A stretch of DNA of 64,000 bases from the human T2T-CHM13v2.0 reference genome, Homo sapiens, in NCBI RefSeq assembly GCF_009914755.1, contig NC_060937.1, one strand, 5' to 3'. Shown piece by piece: positions 58,697-64,000 of the stretch (position 1 is its first letter; every line of letters begins with the position of its first letter). The notes under the pieces were generated by a model that ran no database searches, had not been told where the DNA came from, and saw nothing but the letters and a program-made list of their open reading frames with translations. The translations under genes and the position numbers were made by a program.

Positions 58697-58885
58697 GCAG
58701 TTTTTTTTTAAAAAATCCGAAAATATTAATACTTCCAGCATATTCCTGGTCAGCCAGAAATACTGAAAATGCTGTGTATATGGTAGGAGGTGGTTCCTCA
58801 ATATTTTTTTTTTCTAAATGATGAGGTCTGTTATGAGAACTTCCTTATATGTTATAGAAGCTTGTTGTTAAATGAAAATAATTTA

Positions 58886-60208
<1,323 letters not shown>

Positions 60209-60744
60209 TTACAGTACAGTGCGTGAGTGCTCTGGTAGGGAAGTAAGGGATTCTGGTTCCAGGGGCATCTACTACAGACTTAGGGGTTTGAGAAAGGCTT
60301 CTTAAAGTGCCTTGGGAAGGAGGAGTAAAGGAGGAAAAGGAAGGTGAGGAGGTCCAGTGTTGGAATAAGCAGAAGTATTCCAGCCAGAGGGATCAGGGAG
60401 TGATATAGGCCTAGAAGGGAGAACTTGGGAGTGTTCAGGAAACCAACGGCGGTAAGGATGGAGATGAGAAAAAACAGACATTTGAGAGTTGAAGAGCCAT
60501 ATTCTAGAGTTTGGGTTGTGTGCTAAAGGCAATTGAGAACCTTTCAAGGCAAGTGCAGCAAATTGTTTCCTACAGCTTTCTGTGGCTGTAGGGTAGAGAT
60601 GGATTGTAGCCAATTAGAATGAAGACTGTAGAGACGGTCTTTGCCATAGGCCAACAAAGTGATGAACTGAGTAGGACTGTGGCCGCTGCTTCCCACCCTC
60701 ACCAGAAGAAGGGCTAATCCACACTTGTAATTGAATTGATTGAA

Positions 60745-61811
<1,067 letters not shown>

Positions 61812-63467
61812 TAGTGATCGTGTTCCGCACCTGAAAGCTGGTTTCCATTTCCCCAACCCTCCCCTTGGAAGCCAATGTGCAAAAGACTGGTCGGCCGCAT
61901 CTTTCCAGATCCTTCCCGCAAAGAAGCATATTTGCTCCTTCCTGTCTCGGCCACACTGTGACGGGAGAATTTAACCCTAGAAACTTAAATTTCCTTTTTT
62001 TTTTTTTTTTTTTTTTAAAGACCAATTTCCTGAGACCTACTTGCAACAGAGTGGTTTTGGAAACCAAGTAAAACACTTGATAATGTAGTTGTTATATTGA
62101 GCAGTTTGGTTACTTGGCTACTAGGGCAGTAGATTTACTATGGGCAGTAAGGCCTAGAATTAAGCTGATGAAAATGCATTTAAGTAGCATCTTGGAAGCT
62201 CCCTAATTTGTGTTCTGTGTGGCTCTTCTGAAATCAGAGTTGCGTTTGATTTCAGACCTTTTGGTCTTCCTCAAAAATCAGTAATTATTCCTTCAATAAA
62301 TGCATTTGCAATTCATTCTAATTTTGGTCTCATTTGCACTCTCACAATTTAAGTGTTTTTCTTGGTACTCTTAATTTGACTAGTGCTGTATTTCAAATAA
62401 TTATTTGCCTTGATGACATTAGGAACTTTGATTTGTACAGTCTTTAGCATTAAAAGATGCAACGATGAACATCAGAATATTGGCCTAGAAAATATTGTTA
62501 GGAGAAGATAATAGAAACGGAACTACTTTGGTGAGAAAAGGAATTTAAAGTATTGGGAAATTACAGAATTGACAGAATAAAGGGAAGGGATCCTGATTTT
62601 TTTTTTTTTTTGAAGTTTTTAAGATAGCTAAGAAAAGGAGTTTCAGTAACCCAGTTTTTCAAAATCCAATGTGGAATATATTTTGGGTGAATGAAGAAGA
62701 AACACTAGAAACAATTTTATTATTTTTTGTAACATTTTGAGTTTCTCATTCAACGGACTGTAACCATACTTTGAGTATTGACAGCCACTGTCTTAAATGG
62801 CACAATGTGGACAGTGTTGGAAAATGTGGGATGTATAGAAGACGTGGGTTATTACTTAGGACCAGCAGAGAGACTTGGACGACCTCATAGTTCCTGATGA
62901 TCATCTGGTAAACGTGGAGGAGAAACATGTACTAAATTCAGATTTCTCAAGACAGATTGGGGATAAGGTGTTTCAAGTGCGTTCATTCTGTTTCATATGT
63001 GTAAAATCACATATAGTTATTACCAATTTTCATGAATCCCAATTCAGTAAAATAATAATACAAAAACTATACTGAAACAATGAACTGTAACTCGGAATGC
63101 AATTTACAGTGTCAATTGGGCCTCAGAGTCACTTGTAAGACTTCAAAATATGTAATCAATTTATGTAAGAGACTTGCACATTCTTTGATATATATACTGT
63201 ATATTTAAATATATTTAAAATGTTTAATCAAAGTGGTAATTATAGTAATAAAAGCATAGAAAAAAAATTTCCAGGAGAATAGAAGATCTTAAAATGAAAA
63301 ACAGTCTCCTGTCTTAGCTCTTTCACCCAGAATCCCTTTCCCTAGAGGCAATAACTTACTGCCATTTCTGTTCTGGGCCTTAAATGTAGTTGGTGTGTGC
63401 AACCAGGTTCATTCTGTATTCATCTTACAACATATATTATTCTGAAAGTTCTTTTTTTTTAAAAAGG

Positions 63468-64000
<533 letters not shown>

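Overview
This is primate genomic DNA, almost certainly human (it carries an AluYb8/9-type element). I recognise it as the TGDS-GPR180 locus on 13q32. The complete 12-exon TGDS gene lies on the minus strand: all exons were reconstructed with GT-AG boundaries and give a 1053-nt ORF (350 aa), followed by an AATAAA signal. The first coding exon of GPR180 lies on the plus strand, head-to-head about 5.8 kb (ATG to ATG) away. An intact tRNA-Phe(GAA) gene sits in a CpG island near 9.2 kb. The rest is mostly interspersed repeats: about 35 Alus, L1 and L2 remnants, a near full-length Tigger1, a MADE1, MER5, several solo LTRs and a decayed ERVL provirus. Nearly all ORF-track entries are spurious Alu or GC-rich frames. 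I found no convincing new multi-gene system. The most interesting local signals are a TSD-flanked 5' half of tRNA-Gly(TCC), a tandem donor in TGDS exon 1 that would remove the NAD-binding motif, a FLAM carrying a locally templated MST-LTR patch, a candidate Pol II first exon beside the tRNA, and a duplicated palindrome that builds a RUNX-site cluster. Repeat family names come from remembered consensus sequences, and repeat boundaries are approximate.
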